64,000 nucleotides of DNA from an uncultured delta proteobacterium. GTDB lineage: Bacteria; Desulfobacterota; Desulfobacteria; Desulfobacterales; JAHEIW01. Where the stretch lies: contig CAVPNL010000006.1 in the NCBI GenBank assembly GCA_963706575.1, positions 926,519-990,518 of the forward strand. The letters run 5' to 3'. The position numbers and the translations under genes were made by a program. How positions within the stretch are numbered: position 1 is the stretch's first letter; every line of letters starts with the position of its first letter. The notes below the pieces were generated by a model. That model ran no database searches and was not told where the DNA came from. It was given only the letters and a program-made list of their open reading frames with translations. Shown in pieces: positions 50,717 to 60,810 of this stretch.

Positions 50717-51193
50717 CTAACGGGTTTGGGCGACCAATTCCTTACTCAGCACCCGAATATGTCCCATCTCCTCTTTGATAATGGCCTCGATACGTTCTCT
50801 GCCTAAATTTTCCGGGACGGCCTCTTTCATGCCCAGATAAAAAACAATGGAGTCCTTTTCAGCTTCGATCGCCGATTTAAGAATTTCCACCATGGATGTC
50901 ACATCGATTTCCTTTTTGAAAAAGACACGACTGTCCACCAGCGCTCGAAGATAAAGAACTGCCTCACCGGACGGGTCAAAAACGGTCGATGCTTTATCCG
51001 CGGCCGTCAGCTCGGCCCGCATGGATTCAAACATTTTCTCATGGGCTTCTTCCATTTTCAAAAGACCGATTAACAGCTCCTTATTTGAAGCGTCCGCGGC
51101 GTTTTCAGCGGCATCGCGGTAGAACTTGGCGCCGTTTCGCTCCATCTGTTCAGCCATTTCAAAAACCTCGTCTGCATTAAAATCGTAACTCAT
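50717..51193 (-). CDS. Ferritin-like (rubrerythrin diiron domain) protein
   Basis: E..G..FY, EEAH, AIEAEKDSIVFY, EEMGH. Confidence 0.9.
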   Translation of the reverse strand: MSYDFNADEVFEMAEQMERNGAKFYRDAAENAADASNKELLIGLLKMEEAHEKMFESMRAELTAADKASTVFDPSGEAVLYLRALVDSRVFFKKEIDVTSMVEILKSAIEAEKDSIVFYLGMKEAVPENLGRERIEAIIKEEMGHIRVLSKELVAQTR

Positions 51194-51527
51194 TTTTCTT
51201 CCTTTCCACTATTTTTAAGATAGGTTCTAATTAAATTGGGATTCTCGGTTTTAACCGCCACGTCTCTATCACGTAATAAAATTCATTCTCATTCGAATTT
51301 AAGGTTTTGACAAATATATATATGATCATCGGCCTTGTAAAGCGCCTTAACCGGGAAGGTTCATTCGCTTTATTCAAAAGATATTAATTTTTGGTGCTTT
51401 GATTCTATTTTTAAATATTGATCGGCCATCGCAGCATACCGGGCCAATACTTCAGGCGAAAATTATCTTGACAGAAAAAATGAAAGGTCTATACTATACT
51501 AAAATAGTAGGAAACATTAATCTTGAT

Positions 51528-51929
51528 ATGAAAAAAACAGTTGCCATAACATTAGCATTTATATTCAGCATTACGGTGCTATTATCAGGGGCTTTTGGCT
51601 ATTCCGATTGCGCAGCTAAATGCGCCTATGAGAGGGCAAAGCTCCATCCGCATACCGCGATGGGATCAGCAACTCTGGCAGCACCGAATTGTTGTTCCGG
51701 GGCCATGAAAAGCACCTGTGAAATGGCAGGAACTGTTGAGATCAAGATCCCTGAGTGTTCTATGACAAGCCACCAGACGGTGGCCCCCGATTCAATCAGT
51801 ATTGGATTTCTTCCCAGCGATACCGAAACAGATTTTTTCCGACCCACTCAATTTAACCGGCGATTCATCGCTGGTAAAATCAATTCAAAACTACCAATAT
51901 ATCTAAAAACGCTCTCCATTTTGTGTTGA
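51528..51929 (+). CDS. Cys-rich exported hypothetical protein
   Basis: Signal peptide MKKTVAITLAFIF; CxxxC, CC and further Cys; ends LPIYLKTLSILC. Confidence 0.7.
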   Translation: MKKTVAITLAFIFSITVLLSGAFGYSDCAAKCAYERAKLHPHTAMGSATLAAPNCCSGAMKSTCEMAGTVEIKIPECSMTSHQTVAPDSISIGFLPSDTETDFFRPTQFNRRFIAGKINSKLPIYLKTLSILC

Positions 51930-52117
51930 ACCCTATACGTACAGGGTTCATCCCATCTGCTGGTCTAACGTTGCATTCATCGCTTTCATATTGTTGAATT
52001 GTTCCCTTATCCGCAACTTGCGGAAGGGATAGGTGATCGGTGCCGCGTTATCCGGTTTTTCTCGCAAAAACAAAATTGAAAAATTTTAAACTAAAATTTC
52101 TGAAGGAGAATTCTATC

Positions 52118-52732
52118 ATGTCAAAAGGCAAGAAAAAAAACGTTAAATCAAAAAAAGGAAATCCATCAGCGAATGCACAAAATAAAAAGGTGACGCTCGA
52201 AAAACGGCAGGCCAAAAAAGATGTGGTTCTGGGTACTGAGAAGAAAGGGCGTCTGCCGCTTATGGTTGCAATCGTATGTTCTGTGCTCATCGTGGGTGGC
52301 GGAATATACTATGCCGGCTATCATCGCTCGCAGACCGCACCGGTGGCCGGGTCATTTACATCTGACAATAACGCCACTCAGGTCAGCCTTCCGACAAACC
52401 TTTTTGAAGACGGCAAGGCCCGGCATTTTCAGCACGTGGCCGGCGAATTCAATATCAAATATTTTGTCCTCAAAAGCTCAGACGGCATCATTCGGGCTGC
52501 CTTTGATGCCTGTGATGTTTGTTGGCCGGCGGGCAAAGGCTATTTCCAGGAAGGTGATTATATGGTCTGTCGCAACTGCGGCCGCAAATTCGCTTCCGTT
52601 CTGGTCAATGAAGTCAAAGGTGGCTGCAACCCGGCACCGTTGAACCGCAGAATCGAAAATGGAAAAGTCGTCATTGAAATTAATGATATTCTGGACGGCC
52701 GGCAGTATTTCAATTTTCAAGAGAAGGTCTAA
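52118..52732 (+). CDS. DUF2318 family membrane Fe-S/Cys protein
   Basis: AAFDACDVC...GY...CRNCG...GGCNP.P; AAGGAG RBS. Confidence 0.85.
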   Translation: MSKGKKKNVKSKKGNPSANAQNKKVTLEKRQAKKDVVLGTEKKGRLPLMVAIVCSVLIVGGGIYYAGYHRSQTAPVAGSFTSDNNATQVSLPTNLFEDGKARHFQHVAGEFNIKYFVLKSSDGIIRAAFDACDVCWPAGKGYFQEGDYMVCRNCGRKFASVLVNEVKGGCNPAPLNRRIENGKVVIEINDILDGRQYFNFQEKV

Positions 52733-52896
52733 GCTGAATTTAAGAAAAAGAATGGTCTCACGCAAAGCCGCAAAGACGCAAAGAAAGGCTAAGGTGACGC
52801 TTCGCCAATCTGCTCTAAGCGAGGGTAGCGGTTTGACCTGAGAACAAAAACCCATTTAAGTTAAAATATCAAATGAAATTTTATTGAGGAAAAGCC

Positions 52897-54054
52897 ATGA
52901 CGCTTAAAAATATCTCATTTAAAAACCTGATCCGCCGGAAAGGCAAGGCATCTTTTGTTCTGGCCGGGCTGGTGATCGGGGTCTCCACAGTTGTTGGAAT
53001 CATCAGCTTTGTTGAGGCCATGACAAGCGATATCAATCATAAACTTGAAAAATACGGTGCCAATATTCTGATCGTTCCCCGAACCGAGAATCTGACACTT
53101 ACCTACGGGGGGCTTTCACTGGGGGGGGTGTCCTTTGAAATGCAAGAAATCCGTCAGGAAGAATTGCTGCGGGTGAGTTCTATTAAAAACGCCCGCAATA
53201 TCGCAGCCCTGGGCCCGTTGGTGTTGGGAGTCGTCAATGTCGATTCCCACAAAGTTCTGCTGGCGGGTGTCGATTTCAAAGCATCCGCTATTTTAAAGCC
53301 CTGGTGGCAGATGAATGGAAAGGTGCCCGATGATAACAGTGTCATTCTGGGAGCTGAGGCGGCTCGCATTCTGAATCTAAATGTGGGCGGCCGCTTTAAG
53401 ATCAAAGATCGGCATTTTGGTGTTTCTGGTATTTTGAAACCAACGGGGTCCCAGGACGATCAACTGATATTTGCCCGTTTGGCCACCGCCCAGTCGTTGT
53501 TTAATAAAAACGGACGGGTTTCTATGGCCGAGGTGGCCGCATTGTGTCAGGACTGCCCTATTGATGCGATGGTGAAGCAGATCTCCGATGCGCTTCCGGG
53601 TGCCAAGGTGATGGCCATTCAACAGGTGGTCAAAGGCCGCATGGAGACCCTGGGACATTTTAAGAAATTTTCATATGGGATTTCCGGCGTGATCCTGCTG
53701 ATCGGCAGTCTCGTTGTTCTGGTGACAATGATGGGCAGCGTCAGAGAGCGCACCGATGAAATCGGGATTTTTCGTGCCATCGGCTTCCGCAAGCGCCATG
53801 TCATGAAAATCGTGTTCCTGGAAGCCGCCATTATTTCCGGGCTGGCCGGCATCCTCGGATATTTGCTGGGCTGGGGAGTCACCAAGGCGGCCGTGCTCTT
53901 TTTTATTGAAGGCCACTCCGGATTTGTGCCCTTTAATCTTGAGTTAGCAAGCGGTGCCCTTATACTGGCGCTGTTAATTGGCCTGGTTTCAAGTGCCTAT
54001 CCGGCGATCATCGCTTCGCGGCTTGATCCCAATGAAGCCCTCAGGGCGTTGTAA
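52897..54054 (+). CDS. ABC transporter permease (FtsX/MacB-like)
   Basis: YGANILIVP; SVRERTDEIGIFRAIG; LDPNEALR. Confidence 0.92.
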   Translation: MTLKNISFKNLIRRKGKASFVLAGLVIGVSTVVGIISFVEAMTSDINHKLEKYGANILIVPRTENLTLTYGGLSLGGVSFEMQEIRQEELLRVSSIKNARNIAALGPLVLGVVNVDSHKVLLAGVDFKASAILKPWWQMNGKVPDDNSVILGAEAARILNLNVGGRFKIKDRHFGVSGILKPTGSQDDQLIFARLATAQSLFNKNGRVSMAEVAALCQDCPIDAMVKQISDALPGAKVMAIQQVVKGRMETLGHFKKFSYGISGVILLIGSLVVLVTMMGSVRERTDEIGIFRAIGFRKRHVMKIVFLEAAIISGLAGILGYLLGWGVTKAAVLFFIEGHSGFVPFNLELASGALILALLIGLVSSAYPAIIASRLDPNEALRAL

Positions 54055-54240
54055 TCGTAAAATCAACGGGAATTTTTATGGCGATGCCATTGTTTAATGG
54101 TGTAGTTAAAACATCAACAGCAAATGAGCTAAAATGTCTAAAATGAACTAAAATGAGCTAAAATTAAAAAGGATTGAAATCCTGAATTTCAGGCATTTTA
54201 GGCACTTTCAAACTTTAGGCATTTACAAGGAGCCTTATAT

Positions 54241-54930
54241 ATGAGTTACATTACAGCGGAAAATCTTAATAAGACATATGGCCGCGGCGAAGCAATAGTT
54301 ACGGCTGTCTCCGATATCAGTTTTCAAATTGAGTCCGGTGAATTTATCGGCGTCATGGGGGAATCCGGGGCCGGAAAATCCACCCTGCTTTCCATAATGG
54401 GAGCCATGAACGCCCCGACATCCGGCCAGTTTGTGGTGGATGATATCGATGTTTACAGTCTGGCCCAGGAGAAACAGGCGGATTTCCGCAGGGAATTTCT
54501 GGGGTTCATATTCCAGAGTTTTCACCTGGTGCCTTATCTCACGGTTTTTGAAAATGTCATGTTGCCGCTGACGATTATTAAGGCCAGTCGCAAACACAAA
54601 CGGGCCCTGGTTGAAAATGCCTTATCCCAGGTTGGGCTGCTGGATAAAGCGGATCGTTTGCCGAACCAGATTTCAGGGGGTGAAAAAGAACGCGTGGCGA
54701 TTGCCCGGGCGGTTGTCAACGAACCGCCGGTCTTGCTGGCAGACGAACCCACCGGCAACCTGGATAGCAAAACGTCGACTGAGATCATGAAATTGCTTCA
54801 ACGCCTTAATTCAGACGGCATGACAATTATCATGGTTACCCACAGTTCGGAATGTGCCCACTATGCCCGCAGAATCATGCAGGTATCTGATGGCAGGCTG
54901 GTGGAGGATGATGATAAAGGTATCATTTAA
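54241..54930 (+). CDS. ABC transporter ATP-binding protein (LolD/MacB-like)
   Basis: [28 protein letters not shown]. Confidence 0.95.
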   Translation: MSYITAENLNKTYGRGEAIVTAVSDISFQIESGEFIGVMGESGAGKSTLLSIMGAMNAPTSGQFVVDDIDVYSLAQEKQADFRREFLGFIFQSFHLVPYLTVFENVMLPLTIIKASRKHKRALVENALSQVGLLDKADRLPNQISGGEKERVAIARAVVNEPPVLLADEPTGNLDSKTSTEIMKLLQRLNSDGMTIIMVTHSSECAHYARRIMQVSDGRLVEDDDKGII

Positions 54931-55519
54931 AGCTGCTTTGCTTTTTATTATCCTGGTTGTGGCTGCCGGTGTTGCGTCTCACCTGTTTATTAATGGATAT
55001 GTAGGCGCAGCCGGCTCTCAACAACAGGAATTGGACCGCTTATTTGGTAATATCGGGATTCTTAAAATACCGCATGTTACCCGACCGGTGGAAATTCAGC
55101 TAAAAGATGTTTACGGCAACACGGTCAGACTGTCTGATTTCCGCGGCAAGGTTGTGTTTCTGAATTTTTGGGCCACCTGGTGCGCGGCCTGTGTGGTTGA
55201 GATGTCGTCTATGGAAAAATTGCATCGCCGGCTCAAAGATAAGGATTTTGTGATGATTGCGATTAATATGCAGGAATCCGATGTCCAGGTAAAAGCGTTT
55301 TTCGAAAAAATGAAGCTGTCGTTTACCGCGCTGCTGGATTCTAATGGCGAAGTCGCCACCGGGTTTGCTGTCAATGCGCTTCCGACGACCTTTGTTCTTG
55401 ATAAACAAGGCAGGATTGTCGGCGCAGCCATTGGGCCGAGGGAGTGGGATAGCCGGGCGTCAATTGCGCTGTTTGAATATTTAATAAATATGCGCTCCGA
55501 TTCTGTAAAGGCGAATTGA
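54911..55519 (+). CDS. TlpA-like thiol-disulfide oxidoreductase
   Basis: N-terminal anchor; LNFWATWCAAC; LPTT. Confidence 0.9.
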   Translation: MIKVSFKAALLFIILVVAAGVASHLFINGYVGAAGSQQQELDRLFGNIGILKIPHVTRPVEIQLKDVYGNTVRLSDFRGKVVFLNFWATWCAACVVEMSSMEKLHRRLKDKDFVMIAINMQESDVQVKAFFEKMKLSFTALLDSNGEVATGFAVNALPTTFVLDKQGRIVGAAIGPREWDSRASIALFEYLINMRSDSVKAN

Positions 55520-55551
55520 ATCTCATGGTACAAATTGCGTTGAAGGCATAT

Positions 55552-56469
55552 TTACTCATTCTGCGCTTTGGTGCTCACTGATAGAACGGGGCAGGCCGAC
55601 TGACGTACCACCCGATCTGTGGTCGAGCCCAAAAACAGCGTTTTAACCAACCCGTGTCCTCGAACCCCCAAAACAATCATGTCCATTGCATTGGTTTCAG
55701 CGTACTTTACCAGCGCTGCATAAGGCTGACCCTCCAAAATACGGGTTTCCGGAGTGCACCAGTTGCGGGCGTCTTCGGGAATCATGGTAATGAGTTTTTC
55801 GGTAAAACGTTGATGCAGCCCCCGCTGAATTTCGGCGCTCAGCGCTTTGTCCGGCTTAAGCAGTTCACTGGATACCGAAGGTTCGATAACATGGGCCAGA
55901 TGCAGGTCCGCCTCAAATTCCTGGGCCAGGCTTAATGCATGTTGAAACGCCAGATCGGAGTCAGGTGAGAAATCGCAGCCAACCAGAATTTTTTTAAGGC
56001 GGATCTCCTGGCTGATCGGATTGATAAATTCGTGCTCGGGGCTGTGGACAACCAGCAATGGGCACGGCAGCACGCGCATCAGGCGTTCGGTAACCGATCC
56101 CAGAATCAAACGCTTAAGGCCCGAGCGGCCGCGGGTGGCGGCAATGACCAGATCAATTCCCTTTTCTTCAACCAGGCGGGATACTTCATCGGCTGTGTGA
56201 CCGACGGTAATCAATGGCTCCCACTTGACAGGCTGTTCACCGATGATGTGATCTAATTGCTCGGCGGCCTGTTTTCTAATGCGGTTTTGCTGATCGACCG
56301 GGTTCAGCTGAAATTCGCCATAGATTGCAATTGAGGATAAATCGATAACATGACAGATGTATAATTTGGCATCGAATTCTTTGGCCAGCGCGACACCATA
56401 GGGTATGGTATGATTGGAAAAATCGGAAAAGTCTGTGGCACAAAGAATATTTTTCATTTGTACTCTCAT
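55552..56469 (-). CDS. Universal stress protein (tandem Usp domains)
   Basis: ATDFS...GRSG..LILGSVTE..CP; second GCDFS...LGSTT..CPV. Confidence 0.93.
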   Translation of the reverse strand: MRVQMKNILCATDFSDFSNHTIPYGVALAKEFDAKLYICHVIDLSSIAIYGEFQLNPVDQQNRIRKQAAEQLDHIIGEQPVKWEPLITVGHTADEVSRLVEEKGIDLVIAATRGRSGLKRLILGSVTERLMRVLPCPLLVVHSPEHEFINPISQEIRLKKILVGCDFSPDSDLAFQHALSLAQEFEADLHLAHVIEPSVSSELLKPDKALSAEIQRGLHQRFTEKLITMIPEDARNWCTPETRILEGQPYAALVKYAETNAMDMIVLGVRGHGLVKTLFLGSTTDRVVRQSACPVLSVSTKAQNE

Positions 56470-56503
56470 GACACCTTCTCCTTTCTTTTAAACTGAACGG
56501 ATT

Positions 56504-57955
56504 TCAACCCTTGATAACGACAACCGGTTTAAGTTGTGCTACCCTTTTCGCAATCCCCGCACTGTGCACAACCTCGACAACCCGGTCTACATCCTTATAG
56601 GCGTTGGGTGCTTCTTCGGCCAGGCCGGACATGCTGCCGGCACGCACGTGGATGCCGCGACTCTCGAGTTCCTCACGCAATGAGGCCCCATGGATGGTTT
56701 TTTTGGCTTTTTTACGGCTCATTGTCCGTCCGGCACCATGACAGGTCGATCCAAAGGTTTGCGCCATCGATTCGTCGGTACCGACCAAAACCCAGGATGC
56801 CGTCCCCATTGAACCGGGAACCAGTACGGGTTGTCCGATATCACGGTAAACCGGTGGAATTTCCGGTGAACCGGGCCCGAATGCCCGTGTCGCCCCTTTA
56901 CGGTGAACGCAGAGCTGGACCTTTTTCCCATCTATGCGGTGCCTTTCGACTTTGGCCATGTTGTGGGCAATATCATAGATCTGGTAGACGTGATGATTCG
57001 ATACTTTGCCGGCCAGGACCTGCTCGAAACTGTTTCGAATATGGAAGGTGAGCACCTGGCGGTTGGCAAAGGCATAGTTCGCGGCTGCCTTCATCGCGGC
57101 CAGGTAATCCTGTCCATCGGTGCTGCTCAGCGGGGCACAGACCAGCTCTCGATCCGGCAGGTTTAGTCCGTACCTGGGGATCATTTTTTGAAACCGTTTA
57201 ACGTAATCGCCGCAAACCTGATGCCCCAGACCGCGCGAGCCGCAATGAATTTGGACAGCGATTTGTCCCTCGCACAGACCGATTCGCTGAGCGGCGTTTT
57301 CGTTGTAAACTTTTTGCACGACATCGAGTTCAATAAAATGATTTCCCGCCCCCAGGGTCCCCACCTGTCCTTTGCCGCGGTCTTTTGCGCGTTGGCTGAC
57401 TTTAGCCGGGTCTGCTCCAGCAAGGCATCCGTTTTCCTCGGTGCGCTCCAAATCAGCTTCAGTGCCGTATCCTCTTTTGACAGCCCACCTTGCACCCTGC
57501 GATATGACTCGATCCAGCTCGCCGGCCTTCAATTTAATGTTGCCGCCTTTGCCGACACCGCTTGGGCAGTTCGTATACAGAATAGTCGCCAATTCATCCA
57601 GGTAAGGCCTGAGCTCCTCCAGATCTAAGTGTGTGGCCAGTAACCGCACGCCGCAGTTGATGTCATAACCCACGCCGCCCGGGGAAATAATTCCATCCGG
57701 CAGTTCGGTCGCCACCACGCCGCCAATGGGAAAGCCGTATCCTTGATGAATGTCCGGCATCGCCAGGGCATATTTTACGATGCCGGGCAGGGTGGCCGTA
57801 TTGATCAGTTGCTGCAGGCTGTTATCCGTGATGATGCCCTTTAACAGCTCCTCATCCGCATAAAAGCGTGCCGGGACGCGCATGTCCTTGCGAAATCCGA
57901 CCGGAACTTCAAATAAATACCGGTCAAGCTGCTTGAAATCCTGTTTCTGAATCAT
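56504..57955 (-). CDS. rtcB: RtcB RNA ligase
   Basis: [56 protein letters not shown]. Confidence 0.96.
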   Translation of the reverse strand: MIQKQDFKQLDRYLFEVPVGFRKDMRVPARFYADEELLKGIITDNSLQQLINTATLPGIVKYALAMPDIHQGYGFPIGGVVATELPDGIISPGGVGYDINCGVRLLATHLDLEELRPYLDELATILYTNCPSGVGKGGNIKLKAGELDRVISQGARWAVKRGYGTEADLERTEENGCLAGADPAKVSQRAKDRGKGQVGTLGAGNHFIELDVVQKVYNENAAQRIGLCEGQIAVQIHCGSRGLGHQVCGDYVKRFQKMIPRYGLNLPDRELVCAPLSSTDGQDYLAAMKAAANYAFANRQVLTFHIRNSFEQVLAGKVSNHHVYQIYDIAHNMAKVERHRIDGKKVQLCVHRKGATRAFGPGSPEIPPVYRDIGQPVLVPGSMGTASWVLVGTDESMAQTFGSTCHGAGRTMSRKKAKKTIHGASLREELESRGIHVRAGSMSGLAEEAPNAYKDVDRVVEVVHSAGIAKRVAQLKPVVVIKG

Positions 57956-57995
57956 TTTATCCCTTTTTTAAAATTTGAAACGCTCAACAAAGTGG

Positions 57996-58403
57996 TTAGA
58001 CATCAAAGATTATTGTTGCTTCCAAGCCATTGGAAGTCTTTAAAATTTTAAGATTGTGATAGGTCACTGCCTTGATATGCTTTTCAAGCATGGATGTTTT
58101 CCCGCCGAATATTATTGCCTGCAAATGTGTGGCAGTTGCCTTCTGGATCCTGAATTTTTTAAAAACGAGCATTTCGCTTTCAGCCCAGTAAGCCAATTCA
58201 CTCAGCCATTCCACCAGCAGGCTTTCAGCATCAATGGCGTCCAACTCAATGGATTTTTCGATTTCAGTCGAAATATCAGAGACGTCCGCTGCCATCAGAT
58301 GGGTCAGTCCTGCGGCGGCACTCAGAAACAATTCGGTCAGGTTGGTTCCGAAAATCCGTAATGCCCTGTCGGCCGTATGCTCTATTTCTTCAAAACCTAT
58401 CAT
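57996..58403 (-). CDS. Archease
   Basis: EHTAD, IKAVTYH, C-terminal FDV; upstream of rtcB. Confidence 0.94.
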   Translation of the reverse strand: MIGFEEIEHTADRALRIFGTNLTELFLSAAAGLTHLMAADVSDISTEIEKSIELDAIDAESLLVEWLSELAYWAESEMLVFKKFRIQKATATHLQAIIFGGKTSMLEKHIKAVTYHNLKILKTSNGLEATIIFDV

Positions 58404-58859
58404 TTTTCAAGATAAGAAGATGTGCGTGAATTCAAATTCTAAAATCATCAATGACGAAACAACTCCTTTTTAAAATTTGAAACGGTTAATTTGGGTTTGC
58501 GACAGGTGGTGATTCGCTCGCTGCTGACAGCATAAATTCTGGTATATTAATCTTGGACAGATAAGTTCAAGTAACTTTTGGATTCGGTATGATGAGCCGC
58601 TGTGATGGATGTAATTCTCTGAGATGATAAGCGCTTGTGTATTTAATATCAGGGTCTTATATTTATACAAATAACAATTGAGCCTGCAAAGTCAAGGATA
58701 TTATACCGGCCTGTAAGGCAAAGCGCCTGAATCAGAAAATTCTTTACAACTGCCGGTTTTGAACATATCTAAATTTTAGCTATAGAACGCAACTAAAAGA
58801 AGGGCCCGGGCACACGCCCGGATACGCTCAATTTAGGCCGCGATGAAAAGGAGGTTTCC

Positions 58860-59393
58860 ATGCCCGAGAAAAATTTACTAACCGGGTTCTCGTTTTTTTC
58901 CGATGTCGATCCTGATACACTGGAAGCGATCGCAGGTAAAGGCGAGATTTTAGAATTCAAAGCTGAAGATGTCATTTTTCATGTTGACGAGCCTGCGACT
59001 CATTTTTATGGTCTTTTGGAGGGAGAAATCGATCTGGTGCTTGTTTTTAAGGATAAGGTTTTAAAAACGGATATCGAATACGAAGAAGCCATCCAGGCCA
59101 CCATGGTTGATGAGGAAAAAGAAATCATTGTTGATACGGTAAGCGCGGGGCAGGTGTTCGGGTGGGCTTCCATTGTGGGACCATCAAAGCGCACCGTCAA
59201 TGCCGAATGTTCTGAAACCAGCCGGGTTATCGCCATTCCGGCCGATGAACTGATCGCCATGTTCGATAAGGACCACACCCTGGGCTTTACCATCATGAAA
59301 CGCTTGAGTGATATTATTGCCAGGCGTCTTCGCCATCGGACCGATAAACTCATTGAGACCTGGGGCGAGGCCTTCGATATCGGCTCCATCTAA
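58860..59393 (+). CDS. Stand-alone cyclic-nucleotide-binding domain protein
   Basis: FF..., GQVFGWAS, RT..A; no HTH. Confidence 0.82.
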   Translation: MPEKNLLTGFSFFSDVDPDTLEAIAGKGEILEFKAEDVIFHVDEPATHFYGLLEGEIDLVLVFKDKVLKTDIEYEEAIQATMVDEEKEIIVDTVSAGQVFGWASIVGPSKRTVNAECSETSRVIAIPADELIAMFDKDHTLGFTIMKRLSDIIARRLRHRTDKLIETWGEAFDIGSI

Positions 59394-59538
59394 AATCTGT
59401 CTTAAAAATAGCATCTAACGCCCAATGGCTGCGTTGCAAAGCGATTCAAAATGCTCACATACTATCGTGTATGCTCCGCTTTTGAAACGCTTTGCGCCTT
59501 GCCCTTGAGCGTGATCTACTATTTTTAAGACAGATTTT
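59392..59538. mobile_element. MITE-like element with 20-bp perfect TIR
   Basis: AAAATCTGTCTTAAAAATAG / CTATTTTTAAGACAGATTTT; core shared with 38451-38603. Confidence 0.78.
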
Positions 59539-59590
59539 GCTTGGCGATTAAATAGAATTAAACCTGACAAAAAGAAGATAAGGATTCATT

Positions 59591-60622
59591 GTGATGAAAG
59601 CTTTATATTTTAAAGAGCATGGTGAGTTGGATGTCATTCAGTACGGGGACGTGCCGGAACCGGAACCGGGCCCCGGACAGATCAAGATGCGGGTGCGAGC
59701 GACCGCCCTCAATTACCTGGACATCTGGGTACGGCGCGGCTGGCCCGGACTTAAACTGGAAATGCCCCACTGGTGCGGTGCGGATATGGCCGGAGAGATC
59801 GTTGAGCTGGGAGAAGGGGTTACCGGCTGGCAGGTGGGCCAGCGGGTTGTCGCCGACCCGGGCGTTAATGTATTTGAAGATGAATATACCGGGCGGGGCG
59901 AAGATTGTGTGAGTCCCGGGTATCACGTACTCGGCGAGCATCAGCGTGGTGGCGCTGCCGAATATATTGTACTTCCGGCCGGCGGTCTGGCAGCGATTCC
60001 GGATGATGTGGATTTTCCGGAAGCCGCAGCGCCCTTGCTGGTGACGTTGACGGCCTGGCGGATGCTAATCCACCGGGCGGCGTTGCGTCCCGGAGAATCC
60101 GTGCTGGTTGTGGGCTCCGGCGGCGGGGTTAACAGCATGTCCATCCAGGTTGCCAAACTTGCCGGTGCTTTTGTATACGCTGTAGCCGGTAATGAAAAAA
60201 AAGCACAGCTGGCAAAAGAGCTGGGCGCCGATGTCGTGCTGGATCGCTCCAAGGTCGATTGGGGCCGTGAAATATTCAAGTTGACCGACAAGCGGGGCGT
60301 TGATGTGATCGTTGATAATGTCGGCAAAGCGACACTGATGAAAAGCATGCAGGCCCTGGCACGAGGCGGCCGCATTGTGATTGTCGGCAATACCAGCGGC
60401 CCCCAGACCGAAATCGATATCCGCTACATTTTCGGGAAACAGATCAGCCTGATCGGCAGCACCATGGGGACCCATCAGGATTTTAAGGATGTCATTGGTA
60501 TGCTCTGGGCCGGCAAACTCAAACCCGTCATCGATCGGGTGATGCCGCTAAGCGAAGGCCGCAAAGCGTATGAGATAATGCAGCAGGGGGGGCAGCTGGG
60601 GAAGATTGTCCTAACCCCATAG
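59591..60622 (+). CDS. MDR-family (zinc-binding dehydrogenase-like) oxidoreductase
   Basis: LNYLDIWVRRG, TAWRML, GSGGGV, GSTMG, GKIVL. Confidence 0.92.
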   Translation: MMKALYFKEHGELDVIQYGDVPEPEPGPGQIKMRVRATALNYLDIWVRRGWPGLKLEMPHWCGADMAGEIVELGEGVTGWQVGQRVVADPGVNVFEDEYTGRGEDCVSPGYHVLGEHQRGGAAEYIVLPAGGLAAIPDDVDFPEAAAPLLVTLTAWRMLIHRAALRPGESVLVVGSGGGVNSMSIQVAKLAGAFVYAVAGNEKKAQLAKELGADVVLDRSKVDWGREIFKLTDKRGVDVIVDNVGKATLMKSMQALARGGRIVIVGNTSGPQTEIDIRYIFGKQISLIGSTMGTHQDFKDVIGMLWAGKLKPVIDRVMPLSEGRKAYEIMQQGGQLGKIVLTP

Positions 60623-60810
60623 TCTCCTTTTATTTTGGGCTACTGGCTTCTGGCCTCAAAAAGGTTTCAGGTGTCAGCAATCAATAGGTGTCAGTGTTCA
60701 GGTGTCAGGTTTCTGCGCTGCCAATTCTGACACCTGACACCCGACACCTGAAACCTACAAAGATCCAGCAGCAAGAAGCCAGAGACGCAACGGGCCACAA
60801 ACGACTTTCC

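Noticed and set aside
18111..60790. CRISPR array suggested by periodic repeats
   Set aside because: Units are 6-11 nt, degenerate and inverted, with no constant-length spacers and no cas genes
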